NCBI GenBank assembly: GCA_047495785.1
Contig: JBLDXI010000024.1
Coordinates: 1 to 64,000 of the forward strand
Direction: 5' to 3'
DNA: 64,000 nt
From: Lepidodermella squamata
Taxonomy: Eukaryota; Animalia; Gastrotricha
The position numbers were made by a program, and so were the translations under genes. Below, piece after piece: positions 50,179-62,419 of the stretch. How positions within the stretch are numbered: the stretch's first letter is position 1; each line of letters begins with the position of its first letter. Below the pieces are notes generated by a model. It was given only the letters and a program-made list of their open reading frames with translations. It was not told where the DNA came from and ran no database searches.

Positions 50179-51479
50179 AGGTGTTACGCTGAGTCATCGG
50201 GATAAGCCAAAAAATGTAACGTTATGCGTAACATTGTTTTGGAAGACGTGCCTTCTAAAAATTATATGATCATGAATTATCGGCGAGATCACAGCAAAAA
50301 TAGCTACAACAAGCATATACGCAGCAAACATCAATTTTCGACAAGTGAATTACATCAGCACGATGAAAATTTAAGATAATTCTAGGTGGTCGTCGGCGGT
50401 ATATAATCACAAATTGGTCTGGGCCCGGGCTGAAATCGATTTTGAGTACGTATACGGAAGATGCGGTGGGCGGAAAACTAATTTGGTACAAATTATTATG
50501 GTCACCATTTTTATGAGTGAATGCGCGTATCGACTCTCGAGTTAATTTGCCGCGATGCCAGCCAGCACCAGTTGCCGCTATTACACGCGGAGCTGCTGCT
50601 GACAAATGCGCGACAAAGCGAGGCGCATTTCCGATGAGTACTCGGCGCCGCGCGCAGTCACTGTTTTTTCCTGAGCAATAAAACGTAAGCGCGCACCAAT
50701 TGCCCCTCGTGTCTCACCCGCAATTACGGTGATGTAAAGGTATTTTATGGTGAGCGGCCATTGCGTGACCTAATAGCGATTTGTAACAAGGTCGAGGAGA
50801 ACAAATTTTAAATCATGTAAAATCGCAAGTAAAATTCTTCAAGACTTCTCCTCATAGCAACTGTAATAGCCACACGACAACTCTCCGGACGTTGAATCAT
50901 ACTATTACTAGCTATACGCTTATACTAGTATTACTATAAATAAAAAACACAAGGAGGACGTCTTGAATTGCCACTTGTCATCAGGTTCTTAGCGACGCCA
51001 ATACGATAACATTGTTATCCGCTCGTCTCAGTTCCGCTTTTGAATATAACATGAAGTGTAGACGCAATTTTATTAGATCTCCCTACTTCACCCGGTAAGC
51101 CGGCCCACATATCAGATTTATTCAAGCGTGTGACTCTTCTGTCCTTGGTACAAGAGAATAGAACATAGCCGATGCGGTCGAGAGTATAAAACTAGATTTT
51201 CTGGTAAAATAACTCTTCTGACCTAAAAGACAAACATTTTATTCACTGCCCACACTTGTCACTGTATTTTCCTCAATCTGATTGATTTTTCATGAGATCA
51301 CATCCGATTCGATATCGATCTGAATTAATACGGCGGAAATTTACAAACGGAGATTGCTAAGGGTTGACTTGAATACTAAGAAGACGAATGGCATTGCATG
51401 GATGAGTATTTAAAACGTTCGAATCACCATTTTATATCAAATTTATCAAGTTGGGAGATTGATTTCTCTTCTGCACTAG

Positions 51480-54289
51480 TCAGACCATGAAGAAATCCTT
51501 CGACGATCGCCCGTCCTCACCGCCATTAGCAGCCACATTACCGTCTTGAATTTTGTGAGATTCCATCTGAGCCGAGCTGCTATTGATGAGAAACAGGACG
51601 ACAGGCAAAGCAATTGAAAAAGTTAACAGCATCCAAGTTATCAGCTGTTCAAAAATTTGATAAATTAAAAACAAAATTTAAATAGGTACTGAACATACCT
51701 GATCGATAACCTTTAAAATTAGGAAAAAAACAGTTGTTTCGCAATAATCTGGCAGATTAGGTTCATCTTACCGATATGTAGGTAGTCCATACGCCGCGGC
51801 AATCGCGCCGTAAATCGTTCTCCCAGTTCCGAGTATCGATGCATTCCAAATATTTTACTATTTCACTCATTATTTCGGCCTGCTGGGTGTTGGCGTCGCT
51901 CTCCGTCGGCAGTCTATTAGGCAAGCTGTCCTTTGACCTCTGCGCGGGCTTAGCGGGGCGGTCACGGCTGATTCTGATGTGATTAACGAGGCTGCTGAGC
52001 GACGATTTGATGTCGCTGAGCTTGCTCGGACCTTCGTTGCTGCCACTTGTCGAGGATTCACTTAAGCTATTGCGCCACTGATGCTGGTTGAAGGACAAAA
52101 ACTCAGGGTTGCTCCACAACGAGGGTGGCGGCACCGGGGCAACCGGCTGCAACCGACACGGCTCGCTGGTCGATGTGCCGATGGTTTTTTGGCGACGAAG
52201 TTTAACTCCTTCGCGACCATGGCTGATAGGGGCAGGCACTTGAGGATACCAGGGTCCGGATTCTCTTTCAAACGGTAACTTTTTTCGCGGATTTGATTTT
52301 TCAGGAATTGATCTGCGGCTATAAATTCAAAATGCTTGAATTTTCCCAGCATATAAATATATTTTACCTGTATCCGTATAGAGGGCTCGTGGGTGAAGAG
52401 GGGGAAGCAGCTCGGAAATCTTCGATCCAACAACGCGCCTCGGGATCTTCCGCGCGTCGCTTCTTCGCCGAGGTGTTTCGCAACATCTCGTACCCCGAAT
52501 TCTTCCAAAATTCAACCGAACTGGTCAAACGCAGAGAGCGCTCGAGCAGCTTGTTCAAATAAATCGCATCGATTTGCGATTCAACTGAAGAGATTGTACG
52601 TCGGTGAGTCATCTTCTTGCGGTGGTCGAAAATGTAACCAGCAGTAGCCGGCGGTTGCTCTCCAGTAACTGACCCGACTTGTTGCTGGTAGAGACGGGTG
52701 CTTTTCAGCTGGAGCCGATCTAGTTCCATGTAAACGAGACTTCGCTCGTACGTCAACACATAGCGCTGGCGCCAGTGAAGACCGGATGCGCCCAATGATG
52801 CGAAGTTGCCGATTTTTTCGACAACCAGCCACCACCAGAATGGAGACGGCACCGTGCAGGCGACTCGGCTGATCCATTGCAAGCACAGGAAGCACTCGAG
52901 CAGGGACACTACGATCAACAGCATGAGCGCATCGACGTAGATGGCGAGCGCTGGCATTTCATCCGAAGTTTTAGGCATTTGGTCGACGATTGAGATGTGA
53001 AACAGGGCGAACGACATGAGTGCTGTAGTCGCAAATTTCACGCGCTCGTCGTCATAAAATGGCAATATGTGCGAACACACTTGAAGCACCGACAGCGCCA
53101 GGCATCTTAAAAAAATCGAGCATTTTTTTCACCCAAAATAATTGACTTTAAAAATTACGGAAATATTGTGTATGCAACTTGGAAAAGGGCCTTTCTTTCG
53201 AGGATTATCACGAAATCGACCCTCGCGAAGGAATATTCTTCATACTAGAATAAGAAGTAAGAACAAGTCTGAAAAATGTTGGCCAAATTACCCTGACGTT
53301 AATGTTTTTCGTCGTTGTATTGGATATTCCCCATTGCGGGTTATCGATGAAGTGTTGATGGTCAATCGCCATGATTTTGCCGATGATTTGAACGACGTGG
53401 CTTGGATACTGTAATAAAATCAAGGCTAATCCGACTTGTTAAATTAATGTATTACCATCCAGGATTCGAATCGAAGCAAGCACCACTGCAAATCGAAAGG
53501 ATACGCTGCTAATCCAAGCTATTTATCGATATTTAAGGTAGATTTTAAAAAAATTGAAATTTTTTACCTCGCATCGAGTTTTGATTTTGCCAGCAGGTAC
53601 AAAAAGTAACCGCCCAGTGTGACCGATGGTGACGGGGAACCTCGCGTCTCGAGTCAAGGAATAGACATCATGAGAGTTTATCAGGCCAACGTCAGGTAGC
53701 CAGATCATGCTAGCTGAGCAAACGATCCACTCCAAGCCGCCGTATTCAGAAGGGGTCCAACTTAATCTTGAATCCGTCCAATTCTGCATAAAATAATAAC
53801 GCGTTATACGTTGAATATATTGAAAGGCTTTCTCACTATTTTTAAAAACCCGGAAATGACAATTTCTTGCTCGACTTCGATTAGGTCGTCCAACTTGAGG
53901 ACGTAGAGCTCGAGCTCAATCTCAATTGGCTGGTTGCGTCTCAAGGTGGGCGTAGCTTGGTTGTTGTAGCCCCTTTTCACAAACAGATCATGCAGCAATA
54001 GCGTTTCCCAATCGTCTAATTTGTTAGTTTTTTCAATAATTGTTGCGAAAAAAAGAAAAAACTACTCACATTGTGGTTTTTCTTCAATTGTGGTGTTATC
54101 GATGGTGATGCTACGCCTTAACGTCGATTTGGGCTTGTTCAACATGCTGGGCGAGAAGACGCGATTGCCATCGCCGAGAGAAGCCGCTGGCATGTTGGCT
54201 CTTGAGTTTGGATCAAAGCCAGCATGCCCCGCGACCAAGTCAATCCAATTTATCAGTAGAAGAAAAATCATATCGATCTGTTCTCTCAT
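51480..54289 (-). CDS. Divergent Cys-loop channel subunit R2
   Basis: WTDSRLSW, WLPDVGLIN, CE|LGLAAYPFDLQWC, ESWM|Y, DERVKFATTALM, DCRGVWTTYIS|VIDQ|M4. Confidence 0.88.
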
Positions 54290-55097
54290 TGTAGCGGGTA
54301 ACTAACATAGTTCAGAAAACCTAAATAGCAATAAAGGTAGGTAATGCCGCGATTACTACTCGGGGTATATTTTGAGCGATGAGCGACGATCGCGCCGGAT
54401 TACAGGATGTTGCTATAATATGCGGTGCGAAGCGATAAACATGGCTCGATAAATGAACGCAAATCACTACAACGGTGGTCATCTCGCCTTAATTGAAGGT
54501 GTAGAAAATGGCCCGCTGATTTTTAAGTTGTAATATAACTAACAGAAAGGCAAAAGCTATACGTGCGATAGGGAGCATCGTATATTAAACCGAGGCCGGA
54601 AAATATATGTGATATCGAAGCCTGATACTTGGCCACACATCGATTGACACTTATCAGACAGGCCAAAAATTCATAACTTATTAAACAGTATTTTTATGCA
54701 GCATTGATCTATATGTGCCGTTTTAGAGTTGAGCAAAAAAGCCACGTGGCTAAAATAATACGAAAAATTGAACTCGATAATGTCTGAAAGAAGGCTGGAG
54801 TACTAATTTTGTTTTTGTTGTAACAATATATTTGTAATCATTTTCCTAGATCAAAACTCGCCCGTATTTTTCGACACTTGTGAATATTTTATTTCCCAAA
54901 TCGCATTCGCGTGTTATAGTTATCTTATAACAATAACTCTACAACTAAAGTCATTATTTAATGCTATCATAGTGTTTTTCTCATCAATTACAGAGAATTG
55001 CGGCGGAGTAAGAATCGGCGCCAATGAGCTTATTTTCTCCTTTTAAATCGCCCTTCGGCGGATAAATAGGTCGCGTTGTCACGGACACCCTTTCGAT

Positions 55098-58000
55098 CTA
55101 ATGATGCTCGAGTTGCCCGCGAATTTCGTCCGGTGAAATAGGTTGCGGGTAGAAAACAAACAAGTAAACAGGAATCGATGTACACACGATGAATAGGAAA
55201 AAAGAAACTATCTGTAAAATGGAACGCGTTAAATCACAAAAATTCTTCAAGTCAATCAAATTTTACCCGGTCGACAGCCGTAATGAAAACTGTCCAAATT
55301 CCTAGGCATTCCTTCTTTAAAGAATGCGTATTCAAGCTACCTTTGATCTCGCCTAAACAAATGAAAATAAGGTTAGAGTAATATTTTTTTATTTTGAGGT
55401 TTTACCGAGCATCATTCCAATTTTGTGCAATTCTTCAAGTTGAACATCGATTTGCTGCCTCACTGACTCGGCACTTGCATCTGTATCAGCCTCGTAAGAT
55501 ACACTTTTCCTTGGATTAGGCGGCGGCATCGGCCTGGCCTGCCTAGCGCTCGTTATATTGCTGCCGGCAAACTGAAAATTACCCGGTAAGATGACACTCT
55601 CAATAGCAGCTGCGGCGTTATTGCCACTACCACCTTCCTCAACGACCTTCGGCAGAGCTAGGACGTAGTTGTTGTCAATGCCAGGCGATGGCAGGCTTGC
55701 GAGGCTGAAAAACTGGAATAATTCCGGACTTTTCCCGCCGATGCCGTTGCAACACTCGCCGATGTTGACAGCGTGTTGGCACTTTGCGAACCGCACCTGG
55801 CGCCGCCGGGACTGCTCGTCGTCCGAATGGCAGCACCTATTATTGTTATTCGGCGCCTGTTGTTCTTTGTTTGACTGCGGCTGTTGCTCGCCCGTTCCGT
55901 TGATTAGGCAAGGTTTGCTATTAGCCGGTTTGCTACTCCGGCGTCTGTGGCGATGCGACACCATTGGGGTGTTGAGGTGTTCCAGGGTAGGTACCTCTCG
56001 ATGTTGCACGTCATCGACGCCAGCCGAGTTGAGGCGAGGGTTTTGGTTGAGGTCAGCAATCTAAAATTATTATTAGGATATTTATTACCAGGGGGTAAAA
56101 TTTACCAAGTCGCCGTACTCGATCATGAGCTTGATGAGGGCGGAGACGTTGCGGCTGTTGAAGCCTTTATACAAGTGACTGCAGTAGGACATACGGCGAG
56201 CTCGCTCAACCCGGCAATTGGCGTCGCGCTGGTGATGCGACGACATCACAGCTAGTTTCTTAAGCTCAGAATCGCGGCGTTTGATGTCCTCATATCGGGC
56301 GCGTACCTTCGCCAACACCCTCAGGTAGTGTCGCCGCCAGTGAACTGCAGTTTGGCCTAGCCAGAGATAGCGGCCCATTCGCTCTACGATCACGTACCAC
56401 CAGGCTGGAGATGGTACCGAGAAGCCGACGTGAGACAGCCAGTTCAGCATGACGAAGCTTTCAATCAGCGACAGGCCAATCAAACACATGAGCGAGTCGA
56501 CGTATATAGCCAACAGCGGAATAGCTTCGGACGACTTGGGCACTTGCTCGACAACGGAAATGTGGAAGACGGCGAATGCGACCAGCGTTGTAGTTCCGAA
56601 ATTGACCCGCTCACTTTCGACCAGAGGAAGCACATGCGAAAACATCTGCAGATACGAAATTATTCCACAAGGAAAGCTGAAAAAATGAAGGATTTTTCGA
56701 AAAAGTATATCGAATACTTGGGGTAGCGTTGTCTTACACTGTGTAAGTGAGAAAGAAGAGGGATTTTCGCTGTAAAAGGATAAAAAATTCAACGCGTGAG
56801 AACGGAGCGTTGTCGTACTAAAAAATTAGAGAAAATGGTAAAAGCTGATGATTGCTTCTGGTTGTCTCAACTTACATCAGCGACAGTAGTTCGAGAAATG
56901 GTGTCCACTATCGCCCACTGCGGGTTTTGAATGAAATGGCTGTCGTCAATGGTTAGGTTATATCCGAAAACTTTCACAGCGTGTTCATTGTAGACCCAGC
57001 TCTCGAATCTAATAAGAAATTAAATTTAAAGAAAACCACAACGTTATTTTATTTTACCGGAAATGACAAAGCTGACTGTCGAAGGGGAAGTACCTATCAC
57101 AACCCAAAAGTTATCTTTAGATAGACAACAATTAGTTGTCAATTAACACACCTGAGGTTCAGTTCACACCTGGCATTGATTTTACCGGCTGGAACGTAAA
57201 GCATGGATCCACTCGAAGTTAAGGTGATTGGGAAGCGGCCATCGCGAGTAATTGCATAGACATCATCCGAGTTGATAAGGGCCAAATCAGGTAGCCAAAT
57301 ATTCGCAACTGAATAAGAAAGCTCAATTTACAGGACAAATTTAACAGCTGATTTTCACCTTCCGTAATGACTCGATCGATTCCTCCGAATTCTGAAGGCT
57401 CCCAGGCCAATCGAAAATCCGTCCAATTCTATAAAAAAGCATCATGTTTTGGAGGTAATGAATTGGTGCAAAAGCTCACGATTTTCAAAAATCCAGAGAT
57501 AACGATTTCTTGATCGATTTCCAACTATAAATAAAAAATGTTCTGTGTCTATTAAAAGGCTATGATTCGTACGATCTCGTTAATTTTTAGCAGAACCAGT
57601 TCGAGACTGACGTTGACCGGAGCCCGCTTTTGCGCCGGCCTTGCTCGATTCGAGTATCCACGCTCCTCGAACAAGTGATTGAACAATCTCGTCTCCCACT
57701 CATCTAAAAATTCATCGAAAGAAATTCATCGATAGATATATTAATCAGTAAATTACGAAGTTCATATCGGTCAAATAGTGCGTTTTCCTCCTCGGCTGCC
57801 ATGTCGCCATTTTCGTATATCGGCGACAGCGCTTGGGGATCCTCTGTTACTGCGGCGGTGGTTGCGGCGGGCGTCGCAGCCGCAAAAGCAGCTGCTGGTA
57901 TTTTGCCGTCGAAAAATGCCGAGCCTGGCGTTGGGAAGGTAATCACCGGTTGAGGCGGTGGTGGTGGTGGTGGCGGCGTTGTAGTGCTAGGTGGCACTGA

Positions 58001-58381
58001 TGACGCCATTGTGGTAGCAGTAGTTGCCATCACCATGGTCGTAGTAGTCGATTTTTTCTTCTTTTTAGGCGGCTTCTCGGCTACAGGAAGTGGAGGCGGC
58101 TGCGTGCTGTCGTCGCCGCCATTGCTCTCAGTCTGCCACAGCGGCAGACCAGTAGTCGTGAACAAACCTACCTGTGGCGGTACCGTTCGAATGCGAATAA
58201 CCGGCCTGTTTACATTCTCGCTACTACTCTGGCCTTCATCCCCATCAGCTGATGCCTGCGTGCGTTGCTTCAACAGCGTTTGAGATGATAGGGGTAACTT
58301 CTTTTCAAAGCTCAACAATGGGAACAAAATGAGCAGCAGAATTAGCTCGAGGTATGGCGTCATTAATATCGCTGCCCCCAT
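55098..58381 (-). CDS. Divergent Cys-loop channel subunit R3
   Basis: Signal peptide, long T/P-rich stalk, WTDFRLAW, WLPDLALIN, CELNLRYFPFDSQLC, SERVNFGTTTLV, ECLGIWTVFITAVDR|IVSFFL...EHH* (stop at 55098). Confidence 0.88.
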
Positions 58382-58820
58382 TTCGTTTTACTCTCGTGTG
58401 CATGAGCTAGAAAAATCTATTTTGATATATAAGGGCGACGGAGTGATCGGTATATACCCAGGTTTAGCACTTTTCCCACCCATCACCGTCGTGTTTTTGA
58501 TCACAAGTGAACCGCTTTTTATTAGATTTCTCTCCGACGAAAAAATTGGCGCGGTGGCAATTACTTTTTTCATCATCAAAACTAAATCCCTCGCGAGTAC
58601 ACGTGTTGTGGATGCCGAGTTCATTTTTGCCATCATTTGATCAAAAAGCGCGCAGTTTATTACCTTTAAGACTTTCTGTAGCCCTAATCAGGCTCATAAA
58701 TAACTTTTCTTATATACAAAACATAGACGCAATACACGGATGTTTCGGCTGGCGCTTGCCGCAGTGGGAATTGAAGAATGAGGATAACAGCTCGGAGGAC
58801 ATGTCATCAGTAATTGTTGT

Positions 58821-61800
58821 TCAGCTTTCGTCTCGCATGTGTTGTTCGAAGTTGATCGAGCGCGGGTACATATTGAACAAGGTCAGAGGCACCGTGATGG
58901 CGAGAAATGTTAGAATCAGTGATATAGACTGTAAGATAACAAAAAATGATTGAAATATACTGCTGCTCACTGAAAAAGAAACATCTTCCTTAATTAAATT
59001 CAATGAAAAAAGTGGACCATTTCTGGCTGAGAGCTGATTTCAGCCAAAAGCCAATATTCTAGTTAAAACCTGCTGAAACTAAGCGAAAAATTAATGACAT
59101 ACCCATAGAGAATAGAGTTAGAGGTAACTCTATTCTCTATGGACATACCCTATCGACAGCTGTGATAAAAGTAGTCCATACGCCGGTACACTCTCGCTTC
59201 AGCGTCTGCATCACCATGTTGTTGTTGATGTCCCCAACGGCTTTAGAAATCATGCGCAACTGCTCGAGTTGCTGCTTTATCGACGCTTCTGCCTTACGGC
59301 GCAACTTCTCCGTCGTTTCATTAATGTCCGGCTCACTCCTCGAACTTGACGCTCGAGTTCGTGACAGCCTCGGCAGAGTGGCAGGGTCATACACTGGCTG
59401 CGTTGTATACCCTGAAAATGCCGCTTCACTCCGGTGAACTGTTGGCAGTTGTTGGCTGTTGCGCTCGAATGATGCAGACTGCCTGATGGAAGCCGTTATG
59501 TGAAGATCGCGACTAGTTTGCCGAAACACCGGGCTCATTTCTGGCATGTCCACCATGCTCGGTTTCGGCTGGTGATAATTCCCAGCAAGGTTGCCAATAC
59601 TAATTCGATATCGCTCCAGCTCTTCAAGTTCACAGTCACTAAACATATGAGGGTTAACGTTATTGTCACGGCTCATTGAGCGCGAAGATCGTTTGGCATG
59701 ATTCCTATGCTGTTCGTCAGCGAAAACTGACGACACGTCGCTTTTCTTGCGATTCAGTTTTTCCAATGTCTTGACGTGATCGCAATGCAGCAGATCGGTG
59801 ACATCATCCCCATATATCTCGATAAGCTTTGCTATTGAGGAAAGTTCCAACCAGTTGAAACCGCGGAAAACTTGCGCGCATTTGCTGAGCCGACGCAGCT
59901 TCTCGCGTACAGTGGTTGCCCCGAGCCGTTTCATTTCTTTTTGACGCGCCTTCGCCTGTTCGAGGTTCTGGTTAACTCGTATTAGGACTCGCAGATAATT
60001 ACGGCGCCAGTTTTGCCCATTCGAACCAAGCAACAGGAAGCGGCCCAAGACTTCGACGAGCCAATACCAAGCTGCCGGGTTCGGGACCGTAAAACCGACG
60101 CGTGAGATCCAATTCATGATGAGGAAACATTCGACTAGTGATAGGCCGATTAGACACATAAGCGAGTCGACATATATAGCCAGTAGAGGCACGGAATCGC
60201 TGGATTTTGGAACTTGCTCCACGATGGAAATGTGAAACACGGAGAAAGCTATTAACTGCAAGAGAATTCAAGTCATGAAACTGCCTAAAAACAAAAACTA
60301 AACCGTTGTTGTAGCAAAATTGATCCTTTCCGGTTCAGTGAACGGCAGCAGATGTGAAATGATTTGAAGCGAAGAAATTATGACGCTAGGGAAAACGGTG
60401 TAGGTGAGGAAAAACAACGATTTGCGTCGGATGACCAGGTAGAAGTCGACTTGAGAAAAGTTGTACGATTCATACTTTTTAAATACAAAATGATCATATT
60501 ATTTACTAGTCTAAAAAATGACTTACCCCGACGACTCTTGATTTGACGAATGAGCTGAGGATATTCCACTGTGGGTTTTGCACGTAGTGATTCTCGTCCA
60601 CGGTAAAATTGACGCCATGAATGCGAACTAGATCTGACGTGTACACCCAAGACTCGAAACGGTACCTGCATATTTGCTCGTCGACTATGGCGAGATTTAA
60701 GCAGTAATAGTCACAAATAGGGAAACTTACAAGGGAAGAACCTAAGAAGAGCAAAAGCGTTGAATTTTTGTGTTCTATGAAGTAGGGATTATTACCTAAG
60801 ATCCAGTTCGCACCTAGCGCTGATTTTTCCAGCCGGAACAAACAAAACTTGTCCGTTCGAGGCGATGCGCATTGGAAACCTGTTATCGCGGGTCAACGCA
60901 TAAACGTCGTCCGAATTTATTAACGCTAAGTCTGGCATCCTGAAAAAGACGATCGCATCATGAATATTTCGGTTTGAAAAACGTGTATGTAACCACCAAA
61001 TATTGCCAATTTCACTGACGATGAAGTCGATGCCGCCGAATTCGTCCTTTTTCCAACGCAAGCGTCTGTCTATCCATGACTAAGGTAGAAAAATTATTTA
61101 GTGGACTAATAAAAACCGATGAAGCTTACGACTTTGAGAAACCCAGAAATCACAATCTCTTGATCAATCTCAATCTAAAAATCAATCGATCTCGCTTAAA
61201 AACTAGCTTTTTCGAAGCGCGAAACTTTACAAGTTCGTTAATTTTGAGCAGCACCAATTCTAGCGAGACGTGAACTGGAGTGTGATTGTTCAAGGCTGGT
61301 CTCGATTTTTTACTGTAGCCACTTTCATCGAAGACTTTGGCAAGTAATAGCCCCTCATAAGTATCTGCATATAAAGTTAAATTTCATAATTTTATGAATC
61401 GCAAATTGATTGATTTACAGAAAGCAGTAACATTCGCAGTCTCCTCGTCGTCTTCATCAAAATCTTCCTCATCTGTTGCTAATGGCGGCGCTGTCGTAGT
61501 CGTAGACGTAGGAATGGTCGATCGCCCGGGTGACTTACTCCGGTAAAATGACGTCGGCTTCTGCGTGGGTTTTGGTGTAGCCGTAGGCGGTCTACGGGTG
61601 GTCTGTTGCGTTGATACCGTGGATTTTCGCGGGCCAGACCCCACGTTACCAGACCCAGTAGTGGTTTGCGGAGCCAGCTGGCTCTGACGCTGCTGCTTCT
61701 GTTGAAATGTCATCGCCGAGCTGCCAGCCTTGGCCTTGCCGCCGCCTGCCAAATTGTCAGCCGCCGACATGGAAATGGAAGATCGCAGCGCCAGGTCGCT

Positions 61801-61884
61801 CGGCTTTTTTGAAACAGTCGACGCGATAACTTGGCAACCAGGCAGCAGCGCCAGATACACAACAATGCTGCTTATAACAATCAT
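58821..61884 (-). CDS. Divergent Cys-loop channel subunit R4
   Basis: Signal peptide, T/P-rich stalk, WIDRRLRW, W|MPDLALIN, CELDLR|FFPF|DEQIC through an 11-nt microexon, PERINFATTT|LI, ECTGVWTTFITAVDR|M4. Confidence 0.88.
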
Positions 61885-62419
61885 TCACAGTCGTGTTAGT
61901 TATAATTTACTGCGAATAATTGTTCGAAACTAGATTTTGAGATTTGTTGCCGCGTTTTAATTACACCGCCTTGCAGGCATCATCGGCAATCACGCGTGCT
62001 AAATCCCGAATCTGCTGCGAAGTTTGCCGGCGGCGATCAGGTTTCTGTGTCACAACCGGCGGCATTTACACAATATCGAAAAAGCGTACGAAAATTTAGT
62101 CATAATATTGAGATTAGGATGAGCGAAATAATAAATACTTTTGGTCTGACGCGCTTCAAAAAATGATCACACGGCGGTGACAGCAGCAGCACTAAGGTTT
62201 TATGGTTATAGGCTAGTCAGCAAATCAATTTAGAATCGATTCGACTACCTCATCGAGTTAGCATCGATACAGTCCCAACGCCGACATTAAATGAGTTGGA
62301 ACATTTTGAGGACTCGCTATATAGTCCTTAACGGCGGGCCAAAAACAAAATGTAGGATGCGATTATTGGAAGTCCTTCTTTTATTGCAAGCAAATCACAG
62401 CACAGAAAATCGACTTTTA

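Noticed and set aside
20584-50861. RFX X-box ciliary motifs (e.g. near 20584 and 50848)
   Set aside because: Only imperfect or half-site matches, indistinguishable from chance.
54985-55100. Stop-codon readthrough extension of R3
   Set aside because: The short open frame after TAG is expected by chance, and the stop context is not a known leaky one.
59039-59069. Alternative M4-less terminal exon of R4 (VLTRILAFG*)
   Set aside because: Only an acceptor-like CAG supports it, which is not enough without transcripts.
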